A DNA stretch of 64,000 nt from Eledone cirrhosa (lineage: Eukaryota). The translations under genes were made by a program, and so were the position numbers. The notes under the pieces were generated by a model. It was not told where the DNA came from. It saw only the letters and a list, made by a program, of their open reading frames with translations, and did not search any database. The stretch spans positions 233,182,001 to 233,246,000 of the forward strand of contig OZ024740.1 of NCBI GenBank assembly GCA_964016885.1, written 5' to 3'. This document shows, in pieces, positions 14,336 to 29,660 of the stretch (its first letter is position 1; every line of letters begins with the position of its first letter).

Positions 14336-14956
14336 CATCACTAAAAAACACAACAGAAGACCGGACTGGAAATTTTATAATTCCAATTGCCCGAAAACAC
14401 TATACATATTTCAATGACCCAGCTACATCTTCCTAATATGATACAAGACCCAGGCAAAAAAAAAAAAAAAATGTTACACTCTTCTCAAGAGAGTCTTCCC
14501 TGATTCAGTTGGTGAGTTCCGAAAAACCCTCCCAAGAAGAATATACAGATATATCCATGTGGAGAGAGCAGCAGCTGGCCAGACGGACGAAGCAACAGTC
14601 CCTCCATCAGTAAGCGAGGAGTAAGTTTTCCTTCTATTAAACAAGACCTCCTCCAGAATAGGCAGTATAAATAGGTTGTTCTTAATTCAAGATAGTCGAC
14701 TACACGGACCACGAATTCGTGATCTGTGTGGTCGACTTAGATAGGCTTCATAGACAGGGACCCGGCTACTGTAAACTGAAAGCGTCACTCCCGGAGCGCA
14801 AAGCCTATAGAGATCGTGTTAGTGAATTAGTTAAGTGGGCGTTGACGGGGGCTGGCGTCAGCAAAAAATTGTAATTCGCCATGAAAAAGGCGATTAGAAT
14901 AGAATCCATTAGCTTAAGTAAAGCTGCAGCAATAGAGAAAAAAAATAGAGCGAGAG

Positions 14957-15131
<175 letters not shown>

Positions 15132-15615
15132 TAGTTAAAAAGTTAAACGAGGCGCTTTGTGAAAGCATCGCAACCGAAGTGCTTGTGGCGAGATTGGCCC
15201 TCGAACAATTCTTCAATGCTAAGCACGTAGGATGCCTTGTCAGAACTATGGCATATGCTTTTAGAGACGAAGAGCCAACAGCCGTTCAATGGCACCGCGT
15301 GGTGGAGGACAGCATGGCATCAAATCCACAATCCGATATTTGGTCCACCATGACGGGAGCATGTTATTCGATCCCAAGTAGATATGTGCGGCCTTTCAAC
15401 AGCACTTTGCTAAACTCTTCGGAAGCAGTGACGGGCTGAATCACAAAATGGACTTCACTACCTACTTCGACGGCTTTCCGCGGCTCTCGACGACGGGGGC
15501 GGAGGAGGAGTCTTGCAAAAGACCGATAAAAGCCGCTGACATATGAGATGCAATGACTAACCGCACAAGGGAAAAAATCACCTGTTTTCGATGGTCTGCC
15601 TTACGAGCTTTACGT

Positions 15616-18266
15616 TCACAAGCTTAAGTATGTGAGTGCAGTAAAATATCCCTCTGAGTCATATAAAAGGGTTGTCAGTACCACTGCACGATAAAATGCA
15701 ACTTTTGTTTTCAGCGATATACCTCTGGCATTCCATAGTCGCTGATGTAGTTTGTCAAAAGCATCAGTTGCCTTGGAGATGCGATTAACAATCTCATCAT
15801 CCAGGGATGCAGAGTGGCTCACCAAGCTGCCAAGGTAAGTAAAGGAGCTCATATATTTCAGATCCTTGCAGTCAATAGTGATGGGTACAAGTGGATGCCT
15901 TTGATCTGACCGCACCTGTTTAACGCCTCCTACATGCCTGGGGATGGCTCTGGTCGATGTAACACCTCAATCTTCTTGGTGCTGATTGTTAGACCAAACG
16001 CCTTATAGGCAGGTGAAATGGGGTTCATCAATTCCTGTGCTTCTTTGAGGGATGTTGCAACAAGTGCATCCTCAGCAGCAAACAGAAATCGCAAATTATA
16101 ATTGTTCGTGTGAGTGTTTTAGCCTTAAAGCGCTGATGGTTGAATGTACGGAACTCAAATCTGACACCAGTGTCCAAATCGCCAAATGCATGCTGGAGCA
16201 TTACAGAAAAGAACAAAGCAAAGAGGACAGGAGCCATGACACAATACTGCTTCGCACCATTTGTAACTGCAAAGTGTCAGAGCATTCACCATCTGACATA
16301 ACTGATGCTTCAATGTCCTAATGGAAGGATATGATGATATTTAGCATATTATCAGGTATGCCAAGCTTTTTCAGGATTTTCCAAAGAGCTTTGCGATTGA
16401 CAGTTAAAAACCCTTATTCAGGTCAACAAAAACCATAAACAGATCTTGGTTCCGTTTAATAACCTTCTCTGAGACCTGGCGAAGAGAGAAAATCATGTCA
16501 ATAGTACCCCGACCAGAGCGTAAACCACATTGATTTTCAGGGTAGATATCGTCAACAAGTCTGGATGTAATACCAGCAATACAAAGAAGGGAGATGCCGC
16601 GAGAGTTTTCACAGATAGATTTTTTACCTTTGCTTTTGAACAGGTGGATTGTTGATACATCTCTGAAGTACCCGCGAACGCTCCTAACCCTCCAAATCTC
16701 TAGAAATAGCTGAAGATGCCCACGAATCCGATTTTTACCACCATATTTGAAGATTTCAGGTGGGATGCCATCTTTCCCAGGAGCCTTATTGGATGATAGC
16801 TGCCTGATTGCAGCTTTTATTTCATTCAAATTTGGATTTAATGCTAATTCCGGTATCTCCGGCCTTTGTGGAATAGATGAAATTACATCTTCATCGACCT
16901 TTGATTCTGCATTAAAGGACCTTCTTTCCAGTGAGTGAGAAACTTAGCTTTGTCCGTGTATAGTGTTGTTCCATCGGAGCAAATCACTGAGTTTGTCCTG
17001 TCCTTCCTTGGACCATAAACCGCCTTGAGATCGTTATAAAAGGCTTGTGAGTCCTTTTTATCAGCAACTTCTTGAGGTCTGGTTGCTTTAGCCATCCACC
17101 AAGCATCCTTCATCTTTCTAAGTGAGGAATGTACCTGTTACTTGCAATCTATGTAGGCTATCTTCTTTGTTGCTGAAATGTTTATCACCAATCCAAATTC
17201 TGTGTAGGTTATGCATTTCATTGATAAAGTTCTGGACATCCGAGTTGCCTTCATCAAACCAGTTCTGTTCAGGTGAATAGAGAGTTAGGGCATAACAACT
17301 TACTATCGTAACAGAGGTGCTGTTTGCCAAATCCAGTGACAGAGTCATTATGCAATCACTGACACACTTGAGCAATGATGTTAGGGATTTGTCAATGTCA
17401 GATCTGATGACAAAACCAACACCCGATTGAAAAAACTGAGTAGCCTTCTCCCACCTCTTCCATTCGGGACATGCCAAGGAGTCGGGTCTCAATTACTGCA
17501 CAGATTTCAGCACTGTATCTGTGGAGTACATTACAGATGAGGGCTGGTCTTCAGTCCAAGTTGGAGTCATCTCTTGGAGTGTTCTAACATTCTAGGAAAC
17601 AAAAGTTAAACATTTTTCTTGCCGTTTGTTTGACCGTGTATTTGGATAACCAGACATTTGCGGTTGGCTGCCACTTCAAAACATTGGGTAAGCATTTGTT
17701 TAGGGTTCCTTTTATCAGCCCCTCCCTGTTTAGGGTTCCTTTTATCAGCCCCTCCCTGTTTAGGGAAAGCAATGCTATGTCTAAAAAGATCTGATTTGTC
17801 ACCATCAGAGGACACGAACAGTGCAAGTTTCCCATATTTTGTGCACGAACGACCATCACCTGATGATCGCCATTATGTAGAGCTCCAGCTAAGGACCTCC
17901 AGTAATACCATTTACTTGTCCCCGTTACCTTTGCTCTCTTGCACTTGGGCTTTGTGTTAGTGAACTGGTAGAGCTGTTGAACTGCCCACACAAAAGAATT
18001 GTTTACAGTGGTTAAGGCTTTTGTAGGGCCAGTCACACTTTTTGATAACAAAGGATTGATGCAGGAGATTGCCACAAACCCAATGAAAAACACGCCTCAG
18101 GTATTGGACTCTCATGAGTTCTTCCGCCCTTTTAAACCAGTTTTGTTTTTCGTCTCTCAGGATGTCCCAAAATCTTGGTGGGGGTTGACGGTTTAGACGC
18201 CTACAACCCGACCGTGTAATAGGTTGTACTGTGTTACATGTTACCAGTAGCATTTAAGAGCGACCT

Positions 18267-18268
<2 letters not shown>
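15616..18268 (-). mobile_element. Decayed RTE-clade LINE (APE endonuclease plus RT), with 5'UTR, multiple frameshifts and deletions
   Basis: APE fragment SGVGFVIRSDI...VSDCIMTLSL...IVSCYA. RT motifs APGKDGIPPEIFKYGG, RGISLL, PENQCGLRSGRGTIDMIFSLRQ, FVDL, APVLFALFFS, FTYLGS, RISKA. A 30-bp tandem duplication lies at ~17697-17765. Confidence 0.9.
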
Positions 18269-18343
<75 letters not shown>

Positions 18344-18559
18344 GACAAGTAAATATGTTTTCAAACAGTGAGCAGGTTTGAAATTAGAAAATAGAATAGC
18401 TTTCACCGTATTTTTTGACTAAAGAAATTTTAGTCTGATAATGGGGGTTTAGAACCTTCAGATAAATGGAAAAAGATGAGTATTGACGTACATGTACGTC
18501 AATACTCATTTTATAAAGCTATTATATATATAGATCTTTGCGTATGTTCCTATTTCATT

Positions 18560-19830
18560 ATTGTTTCTTGACAAAGATGTAAACAATGATGAGAAAGACT
18601 AAGAACCGGAGCTCCAATCAAGCTTTGTACCGACTGACTTGCACTGACCCATGAAATGTTGTGAAGCAAGGGTTGACGATGCCTTTAGTCTTAAAATATA
18701 ATATAAAACATAACACAAAATGAATTAAATGGAATGTGTTATCTATAAAATATGCATTCAAATATAAAACACCCAATACACACTTTCGAAAAATTTCAAA
18801 TCTATACATATATTAGAAGAAAAAAACTATGCGCATTACCAAATCCTTTCTTCGATTCTTTACAACTAGGTAACTGACTTTACCCTATATATAATAATGA
18901 TAATACAACCAGCTGTCATTAACATAAATCATAGCAAACGTTTTATGCTACTGTTTTAACTTATTGGCATTTTTTAAAGTATAAGCGTATTTTGTTCATT
19001 TTATGTGATTTCATATCTACAAGCTAGTGTCATATATTACCTGACATTTTCAAACGGTAAGAAACATTGCATTTTAAGTATTTTCAAATACAATACTGGA
19101 TCCGGCAGGCCAAGCAAGCGGAGATGGCAAGCGCCCCGACGGTATCACCCTCTTCCCTTTCGAAGTAGGTAGATCACTCATCTAGGACGCCACCTGCTGC
19201 GACACGTTCTCCGCCTCCAGTTTAGTCCCCTCGGCTACAAACCCCGGCATCGCAGCCTGCCTCGCAGAAGAACGTAAAATAAACAAATACCGGTGTTTGT
19301 CTGGCCGCTTCCTCTTCACACTGGTCACCGTCGAGATCTCAGGTATACTTGGACCCCGTACTGCCGAGCTCCTCCGCAATATCGGAGCATCGGCGGCCCG
19401 TCTGAGCAGGGAGCCCCGCGAGGTTGGGTGGCTGTTGCAGCGGGTGTCACTGGCCATCGTTCGGGAAATGCTTTTGTCATCTTGTCAGCGGGGCGCAACT
19501 CTTCTGTCCTCTTGCCTTAGGCCCAACGCCCAATCACCCTCCCCATTCACCATTCCCCTCTCCTTTGCGACACAAGAGCTCTTGCCATAGCCTCCCCTTT
19601 CCGATCTTTTTCTTCTTTCTTTCTCTCAGTCTCTTTTTTTTCATATTTTCCCTATTCTTTCTTTCCTTTTGTTTCCCCTTCTTTATTATTATTTCTGTAC
19701 TGAAAATATACTAGATTGTAAATAAAAATACAGCATGGTTGGTAAATTGTATAAATTCACCTTTATGGAATCAACTTCATTACATGTTACACATTGGACA
19801 CCTTTTTGGTGGCCACTCCCAGTATATGTA
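18560..19830. repeat. Dispersed ~700-bp repeat split by a CRE-type insertion; uninterrupted copy at ~41800-42510
   Basis: Shared blocks, e.g. tctataaaatatgcattcaaatat, cagctgtcatt..cataaatcatag, aagaaacattgcatttta, ctagattgtaaata.aaatacagcatggtt. Confidence 0.75.
19102..19707 (+). mobile_element. 5'-truncated non-LTR retrotransposon 3' end with a restriction-like endonuclease (CRE-type)
   Basis: Translation DGKRPDGITLFPF...LI*DATCCDTF...AEERKINKY...VEISGILG...LLQRVSLAIVR. Flanking 9-bp duplication atactggat (19093-19101) / atactagat (19708-19716). Confidence 0.8.
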
Positions 19831-19945
19831 ACAACGTTACTATCTCCTCTCCTCATGTGGACATGCATGGGGCTGTGTATATGCATGGGGCTGTGTATAT
19901 GCATGTGGGCTTGTATATGAATGTGCATATGCTTATGTGTATTTA

Positions 19946-20057
<112 letters not shown>

Positions 20058-20218
20058 TTAATTATACTATTTATGGTTATGTAAATACAAAAACCTTTTG
20101 CAGTTATATATATTTTTATACAAACCCTAAATAGTGGTAGGCAGTAATATATTACTACCTTATTACCAGTAAGTTAAGTAGCTCAGTGTAGAAACATCAG
20201 ATGATTTACAGAGCAGTT

Positions 20219-21252
<1,034 letters not shown>

Positions 21253-21789
21253 AGTGTGCATGCTGGTATTACTTATACTATATATACATATGTGTGTGTG
21301 TGTGTGTATGTGCATGCTGGTATGTGAATGTGTATGTATGTGTGCGTATGAGTATGTTTGTGTGTGCACACGGGTATGTGTGCATGCTCACGTGCGTCTG
21401 CTTGCACACTCAACTATTCACCTAGTGTATGTACTTTCCATATTCTACCCACACATATTTCCACCTACTTATGTTCGTACTCTCTAAACTTTATCTTACT
21501 TCACACAATTTCTTTATTTAAAGCATTAATTGACTTATTTATTCATGCATTTCTATGTAAAACCTTTTAAAACTACCTAGTACATCTGTGTAAGTTTGTG
21601 TGCATGCAATATGCGTACGTATAATACTCACACTTTACCACAAGTTAACCTCCCATATTATCCGCATTGTTATCTATTTGTAAACATTTAAATTTAAATT
21701 TTATTTTATTTTATATTCTCCTATTCACTCGTCTACTTACTAATTTATTTAATTCATTCTCTTCTATTAAGAGTCGGTAGACTTTCGCC

Positions 21790-21987
21790 AAATCGGACCG
21801 AAGAAACAATATTTCCGTTGGTCTTTCCAATTGTTAATACTCTCTATTGGTCGCAACTCCAGGTAGAAAGAGCAACGTGAAATAAAGTGTCTTGGTCAAG
21901 GACATAACGAATCGCCCGGTCCGGGAATCGGACACATCAGCTCACGATTGCGAATCCAATTCTCTTACCACTCAGTCACATGCCTTC
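21790..21987 (-). mobile_element. tRNA-derived CORE-type SINE
   Basis: Minus strand has A/B-box-like head tgactgagtgg...gtccgattccc, then the CORE-like tgtccttgaccaagacactttatttcac. Related fragments at ~46570-46730 (-), 50215-50340 (+), 54555-54820 (+) and 61440-61690 (+). Confidence 0.7.
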
Positions 21988-22501
21988 ACGTAACCCACTT
22001 TTTAATTTTTTTCCTTAAAAATTATTCTTCAACTTCTAAGCCCTCTCGGTATATAATCTTACCCCTCTTCTCCCCCCCATATTCCTATGACCATTACAGC
22101 CATCCTACCCCACTCCTACCCCACTTCTAACCACTAATCATACTTACGCACACCCATATTAGTTCCTTCTCCTGACCCCTAGCCTGTCTAAATACACTTA
22201 CTATTCTCTGTCCCTCCCTTAACTTTCTCCATCAGCCCAGCTTACTGCTACGATAGTTTTGACCAAAATACCACCAAACCTCGTAACCTATATTAACACA
22301 CCCCAAAAAAATACTACACCATCGTAAAGTCTTGCTGAACACACAAACCGGTTTCTCATCCTATTGAAATCCCAAGCATAAACCGCAAAAGCTAAACATC
22401 GAATATTTTATTCCGTAATATACTCAGCATTTCATTATGCATCGAGTATTACATTTATTATTGATCTATCCGAGCTTAGTACCATAGACACCATAGACAG
22501 T

Positions 22502-22579
<78 letters not shown>

Positions 22580-23095
22580 ATAATAATAAATTTGAAGACT
22601 AAAATCCTCGATAAGGATAAATATATATCAAATATATAAGAACCGTAGAGCAAATATTTATTAAAATAACAGATTAAAGTTTAAGCAAAGAATATGACGT
22701 ATTATCTTCGTTTTTTCCGTTCATTGCCTGAGAACGTCTCTATGAACGACCTAATAGAATATTAGTCTACGACTTCTTTTATACCATAAACGTAGTTTGG
22801 TCTTTGCGTGTAATTGTTTTTCACCGCTCCAAATAATGACGTATTATATTCGTTTTTTCCCGTTCTTTGCCAGGGAACATTTCCACGAACCAAAGTATCG
22901 TTTTCCTGTCTTCCTCCGGTTGCAACGTTTTTTGAAATATCCACTTCTTCGTTTACAGATTGACTTTGTTAGTTTCAGAAGATCCCGTTAAGGGTGAAAG
23001 CAGCGATTCTTTGCTTAAACTTTAATCTGTTATTTTAATAAATATATATATATATATACATATATATATACATATATATATACATATATATATAC

Positions 23096-23189
<94 letters not shown>

Positions 23190-23193
<4 letters not shown>

Positions 23194-26100
23194 ATTAGAA
23201 TACTGGAGCGTGTTTGGGTCAAACACCCTCTTCGTATTATAGAAATGACAGTAAAAGGTATAGCTCAATGCAGTTAAACAGAGCCTAAAAATTAAGAGAG
23301 TAAAACAAAGAATCCTTTAATACATTAAAAGTTTTTATTAGCCGACAATGTTTCGTCCTATTAAGGACTCATCAGGGCAATCAAAACAACAAGAGGTAAT
23401 ATCGGCAGATACAAGCCAGAAACTCTGAAGAATATGGAGTGTACATATACTAATGTCTTACAAAGATATACGATAATAAAAGTGAAAATAAAGATAAAAA
23501 TAATAAAAATATATAATAAGAATAACTAAGGAAGTAGATAACATTAAGAACCATATTACAAATATAGTCTAAAGCAACCAACCTAAATCTAAACAAATTT
23601 GGTTATATAGAGCAGGAATAATATATAACACAATATAATACATTATAATAATAATATACTTTTACCAACATTAAAATTCCAAATTAACAATCAAAAGGTA
23701 CAATATATACATGTATATATGTGCGCACACACACACACACACACACATATATAACAACACACATATCTATGTTCGACTACACAGAAACTAAGCCCTATTA
23801 GAAGTTTGAATATTAAAAATAAGCATGGTAATAGTGAAAATAATACTAATACATTTACCCAATATACATGAGGCAATAATATGATATAATTACAAGAAAC
23901 ACATATAACAAATAATAAACAACAAAATTATATAATTCAATATAATATAATAAAATAGAATAGACAATCCCCGGTTAATTTACAGAAACAATATAGATGT
24001 CACAATGAAGTACAATGATAAAATGTTAACAGTATATTAACATGTACCATAAACAATATATACAAATTGATTCATAAATGAGGAAATATAAATCATATAA
24101 TACTCAAAAAAACTATAATGGTACAGGGAAAAATTATGATGTTACAGAAAAAAATATGATGTTACAGAAAAAAATATACAGACATCTAACATGAACATGA
24201 TATATAAAGTCTAAATATCATAATGTTACATATTATAACATTAAAAAAATCCAGACATCTTACATGATATATAAAGTTTAAATATCATAATGTTACATAT
24301 ATTGAACAGTAAGTAATAAGGATATATATAACATACAATATAATATAATATATTTTAAAATTGGCATAAAATATATAAATACCTATAATTACAAGGTTAT
24401 TAGACAGACATATGTGGATGAGTGAGCGAAGCCAGACAGTGAATAGTAAATAGAATATAGAATAAAACAAATAAATACAATCAACCGGAAATTACAAAAC
24501 AAAAGCAAATGTATACACATTTAGGCCTCGCGTGCATTTAAGAAATTAGGTAAACACCAGGGAAGGCAATCATTTTAAATAACTCCAAACCCTATTTGAT
24601 AAATTAATATTAAAAATATCGAACCCGTCCAATAAGGTAGTATAATATTAGCTGTAGTTTAAGTCATTAAAGTATATAAACTTTAATGTATCGTTACAAA
24701 TGTTTACAAAAAGGAATAAAATTATACTAACATATACGCAACGATATCTAAAAAAACTGACTTAAGTAGAGTTAAGGTAGGATAATGGGGACAGAATTGA
24801 CAAAATATATGGAGGGTGCGAAGTGGCATAAAATATATTCGATATACTATAATAAATAATAGAACGGAGCATAAAAGAGGGGGGGGGGGTTAAATATAAT
24901 CATATTCAATCTGGAGGGGTTGACAATAAGTTTATGTGTGCATGGGGGGAGGGGGGAGAAAGGGGGGGGGGCTTGTCGATAGATAAATCAGAATAGACTT
25001 AGAAATAAAAATAGAATTAAAAATAAAAATAAAATTAAAATTAAAATTAAAGTTAATAATAATAAAAAAAATATAAAGATAATAATAGAATAACGTAAGT
25101 GGCATAAAGTGTGTAATCTTATGTATACTAACAAGGTGTACTAGTGAAGACATAGATATGGTACAGTGGCCAAATGATTATGAGAGCTAGGAAGAAGAGT
25201 CATCAAAAACCAATGATAACATTAATGTTGGCAAACAAAAGAACCCAAACAAAAAACTAAGTAATGGAGTATATCTGCTAATGGGTACAATTTGTACTAC
25301 TAGAACATTTGGGTTTATAATAAAAATAAGAATCAGAAATGGCATGGGGGCTAGAAGAGAATATCTCAGACTTTCTATTCAGTAAGGGTACGCTAGAGAA
25401 AATAATAGAGTGTGTCTCAAGTATACAGAGATTACAAAACTTACTATGTGCAGAAAGGTGGTTAGATCGTGCTACTAAACTCCAGTTAAGGCTATATGGT
25501 ATATAAGCTCCCTTAAGATCCCAGATATAATGCGCTAGAGAGGTAGAATTCTTAAACCTAACATGTTTGAAGTTTGAGATATGAGAGTTAAGCCTAGTCT
25601 TAAAAGTGTTGGAAGTAGATCCTATATACGTTCTTTTAGAGGGATTAGTTATAACCTCGCAAGCGTAGACAATGTTCTTAGAAAGGCAGTTACCGTTTAG
25701 AGGGCAGTTAGCACTCACTCTACAATTGCACTTCCGGGTGTTACTGGTTGGCTCGAGTGGTGATGTATTACACGTAGGACCTCTATTAGATAAGGACTGT
25801 TCTGGTGGTAAAGCATTGTCCGATGCATTCAGGCTAGTAGTATGTAGAGAGGAGAATCCATCCCTAATTTTCCTATTATTAGTGCTAGCTAAATGAGAAC
25901 TAATATTAGGGGTGGTAGAGAATGAGAGTTTAATAACATTTTTATTAAAAATACCATGGTATTTGTGAGAAGGGGGGAAATTTTTCTCTAAGATAGTGAA
26001 GAAAGACCTAGGATATTAGTTGATATATCCTGATTATATGGCGGGTTGAAATAAGTATTTAATCGCCTTCTATTTTTATTTTTATTCTTATCGACCCTAC

Positions 26101-26829
26101 CTCTTGTATTTCATTGTGACATCTATATTGTTTCTGTAAATTAACCGGGGATTGTCTATTCTATTTTATTATATTATATTGAATTATATAATTTTGTTGT
26201 TTATTATTTGTTATATGTGTTTCTTGTAATTATATCATATTATTGCCTCATGTATATTGGGTAAATGTATTAGTATTATTTTCACTATTACCATGCTTAT
26301 TTTTAATATTCAAACTTCTAATAGGGCTTAATTTCTGTGTAGTCGAACATAGATATGTGTGTTGTTATATGTGTGTGTGTGTGTGTGTGTGTGCGCGCGC
26401 ACATATATATACATGTATATATTGTACCTTTTGATTGTTAATTTGGAATTTTAATGTTGGTAAAAGTATATTATTATTATAATGTATTATATTGTGTTAT
26501 ATATAATTCCTGCTCTATATAACCAAATTTGTTTAGATTTAGGTTGGTTGCTTTGGACTATATTTGTAATATGGTTCTTAATGTTATCTACTTCCTTAGT
26601 TATTCTTATTATATATTTTTATTATTTTTATCTTTATCTTCACTTTTATTATCGTATATCTTTGTAAGACATTAGTGTATGTACACTCCATATTCTTCAG
26701 AGTTTCTGGCTTGTATCTGCCGATATTACCTCTTGTTGTTTTGATTGCCGTGATGAGTCCTTAATAGGACGAAACATTGTCGGCTAATAAAATCTTTTGA
26801 TGTATTAAAGGATTCTTTGTTTTACTCTC

Positions 26830-26833
<4 letters not shown>
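23190..26833 (-). mobile_element. 5'-truncated PLE (Naiad-like CNCR motif) with a ~725-bp inverted duplication of its 3' end
   Basis: 23291-24015 is the reverse complement of ~26104-26833. The coding remnant ~26050-25278 reads HKYHGIFNKNVIKLSFSTTPN...CNCRVSANCPLNGNCLSKNIVY...YIGSTSNTFKTRLNSH...CNLCILE. Confidence 0.9.
23341..23378 (-). ncRNA. Minimal type-I hammerhead ribozyme
   Basis: Minus strand reads gcc-CTGATGA-gtcct-taat-aggac-GAAAC-att-GTC-ggc. The mirror copy at ~26747-26784 (+) has the core mutated to GTGATGA. Confidence 0.85.
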
Positions 26834-26868
<35 letters not shown>

Positions 26869-27301
26869 GGAAAAGAATGAAACGAAATTTCATTTCTCTC
26901 TCTTAGTACGGCTGATACCTAAACATAAGTATGTATACGTACATACATATATGTCTACAGACGTACAGTAGTATGTATATATATACATACATGCACACAT
27001 ATATATATGGGTTTACAGAAAAGTATACGATGCCGACGATAGCTAATAAGCTTGAAAATAGTACATCGTTCCTGTGTCAGTGTTGAACAAAAAGGCGACG
27101 ATGGTTGCCGAGCACTGTACGGCGTAATTCTGGCTGTTTGTTCACAAACAAACCGAACATTATAATAAATGTTCGGTAAACCCATACGTACATATATATA
27201 TATATATGTGTGCATGTATGTATATATATACATACTACTGTGCGTCTGTACACATATATGTATGTACGTATACATACTTATATATATATATATATATATA
27301 T

Positions 27302-27508
27302 AACCGAAGAAATATGGTAAGGAACCAGGTGGACCATAACGCAACAAAGTACTCAATACTTAGGGTAGTAGAGTGGGTAATAGGAACGAGCTGGACCCCG
27401 ACGGCTGAGCTCAAGCTGTTTCGACGGCTAATTCTGGACTAAAATTTTAGTCCAGAATTAGCCGTCGAAACGGCTTGAGCTCAGCCGCCGGGGTCCAACT
27501 CGTTCCTA
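27302..27508. repeat. Fold-back element family (palindrome centre 27444/27445)
   Basis: taggaacgag...gactaaaa|ttttagtc...ctcgttccta. Other copies at 47208-47395, 59797-59870 and 61179-61385. Confidence 0.88.
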
Positions 27509-27540
27509 TATATATATAGAGAGAGAGATAGACAGAGGGG

Positions 27541-27615
<75 letters not shown>

Positions 27616-27775
27616 AGGAATTAGCTTCATGCATAGGTGTATACAGATATGTATTGAAATTTCGTACTTCTAAAGAAATACGGTTTGTTTATAAATAAAC
27701 ATTTAGAAAGCCATAGCTTTTTAAAACACCAGGGCTATCGCCCTCTGGTGGTGTCCAGCATAAGCAAAGGAGACA

Positions 27776-27819
27776 ATCGTCAATGCATTTCGAACTTAAC
27801 TGGTTTTCATCAGGACGAT
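27776..27819 (-). ncRNA. Minimal type-I hammerhead ribozyme in a PLE-end repeat (27610-27830; related copy 34525-34720)
   Basis: Minus strand reads atcgtc-CTGATGA-aaaccagttaagttc-GAA-ATGCAT-T-gacgat, with a 6-bp stem I and palindromic stem III. Confidence 0.8.
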
Positions 27820-28446
27820 CCCTCCCAATTGAAAACAGACGAGAATATATGGTTTTCTCGTCTGTGTAAATGAGGGGATTAATATCATTTACATATGATG
27901 CTGCATAATTGGCTCAACTTATAATAGAATAGAATTAGGAATTATCTTCATGCATAGCTTTTCCATTTCTGTAGGGTTTTATAACTCCAAATCATTAGGC
28001 CAATTTACTTAGTCAGAAATACAAAGAAGGCACTATTTTCACTATCCTATATATATATAGTTATATGTGTTTGTTTGTTCACAAGTAGTCGTGTAAGTGC
28101 ATGTATGCATTTGTTTATACTTAAATGTAGACCCCTACATATCTGCTTGTATGTTTCTGCATATACTTTTTTTCTCTGCTTTTACCAATAGACCCACACA
28201 CAATCACAGTCTAATAACTTTATTGCTACATCATCTTCCTCGCGACAACTTCGTTCTATAGTATCTAGTTAATGTTCCGCTATCTTTTTTTTACTTGTGT
28301 GGTCATATTTATCTCTATTTGTCTTGCCATCTGCTAGACTGCAATACAATATCCCATTTATGAATATTTAACAAACACAGATGCACACACACACACACAC
28401 ACACACAAATACACAGACAAACACATACTGTACTAAAAGCCCAAAT

Positions 28447-29586
28447 ATAAACTTTTTTTTTTAAGTTTAATTATAAGGCCTTTAGATGCTTTAAGGCATT
28501 CTACTTGTTAATCTTAATTTTTAAAATTATAACTGTAATTATTTTATAAATTATCTAATGTGAATTATTTTCAATATAATATAAATAATTAAATATAATA
28601 TAATACAATTTAATAAGAATTACCTTCGTGAGGATGAAAATATTTTGTCTTCTTTCTCATGTTTGCAAATAGTTTAAATAGGATTTCATAAAATATGATT
28701 TTATAAATTAAATATGATAGTATATTTTAATATTAATACAGACATTTATAAACTTTTATAGCCTGAAATATTATACACTTTGATTAATTCATTACTCTGA
28801 ACTAACTTAAATGATTTGAAAGTTAACAGTCAACCGCATACGTTTGGATATTATACATAAATAATTAACTAAGGACTGGAAATTAACCTTCATATAATTA
28901 CATCTAGTTATATTTAAGATTTAGATTGATGAATACTTCTAGATAATTCAATAATTCAAAGATTCGAGTTTACTCTTTCGCAAAGCTATGCCCAAATGTA
29001 TAGTTCTGGATAGATATATATAATTCATCCCTCCCTATGTTTTACACTATAAAAATGATTCCTCTTTGTCTCTCTTTCCTTGATCAATTCTCTTTTGCTC
29101 TCTATACTCCTACTAGCTACATTATCCCCTCATCTGTTTTCTCTCTGTCTTTCTTTTTTCTTTTCTCTTTCTTCAATAATTTAAATTATTTGAATCTCTA
29201 ACAGTTATATAAATTGCTGTTATGTATTTTTAAGCTTTCTCACACGCACCCTCTGTATTATAAGTAAGTTTTTTCATGTCTCAATCTTAAGGTATATAAA
29301 TATTGAGTTTTGTCATATCTTACTCACTACCATGACTGGATCTTAACCATCTACTATGTCAGGGTATGTCATGCATCATCTTATTTTATCTGATGAGGAC
29401 GTACTGTTGAAGTTAGCTCTGTACCTCTGAAATATGAATAATAAAATATACTTGATCACAAGAAGTTCTATTTTTGTTAATATTTTGAATTAATATTAAT
29501 AACTCCGGAAAACCAAAAACTGTTGAGTGCTTCCAATCTATTGTAAAACTCATCTTTGATTTATTCATTGAACCTTGTTTAACCTT

Positions 29587-29660
<74 letters not shown>

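Noticed and set aside
15140-15480. Possible Gypsy integrase remnant
   Set aside because: Similarity is too vague to call without an HMM search.
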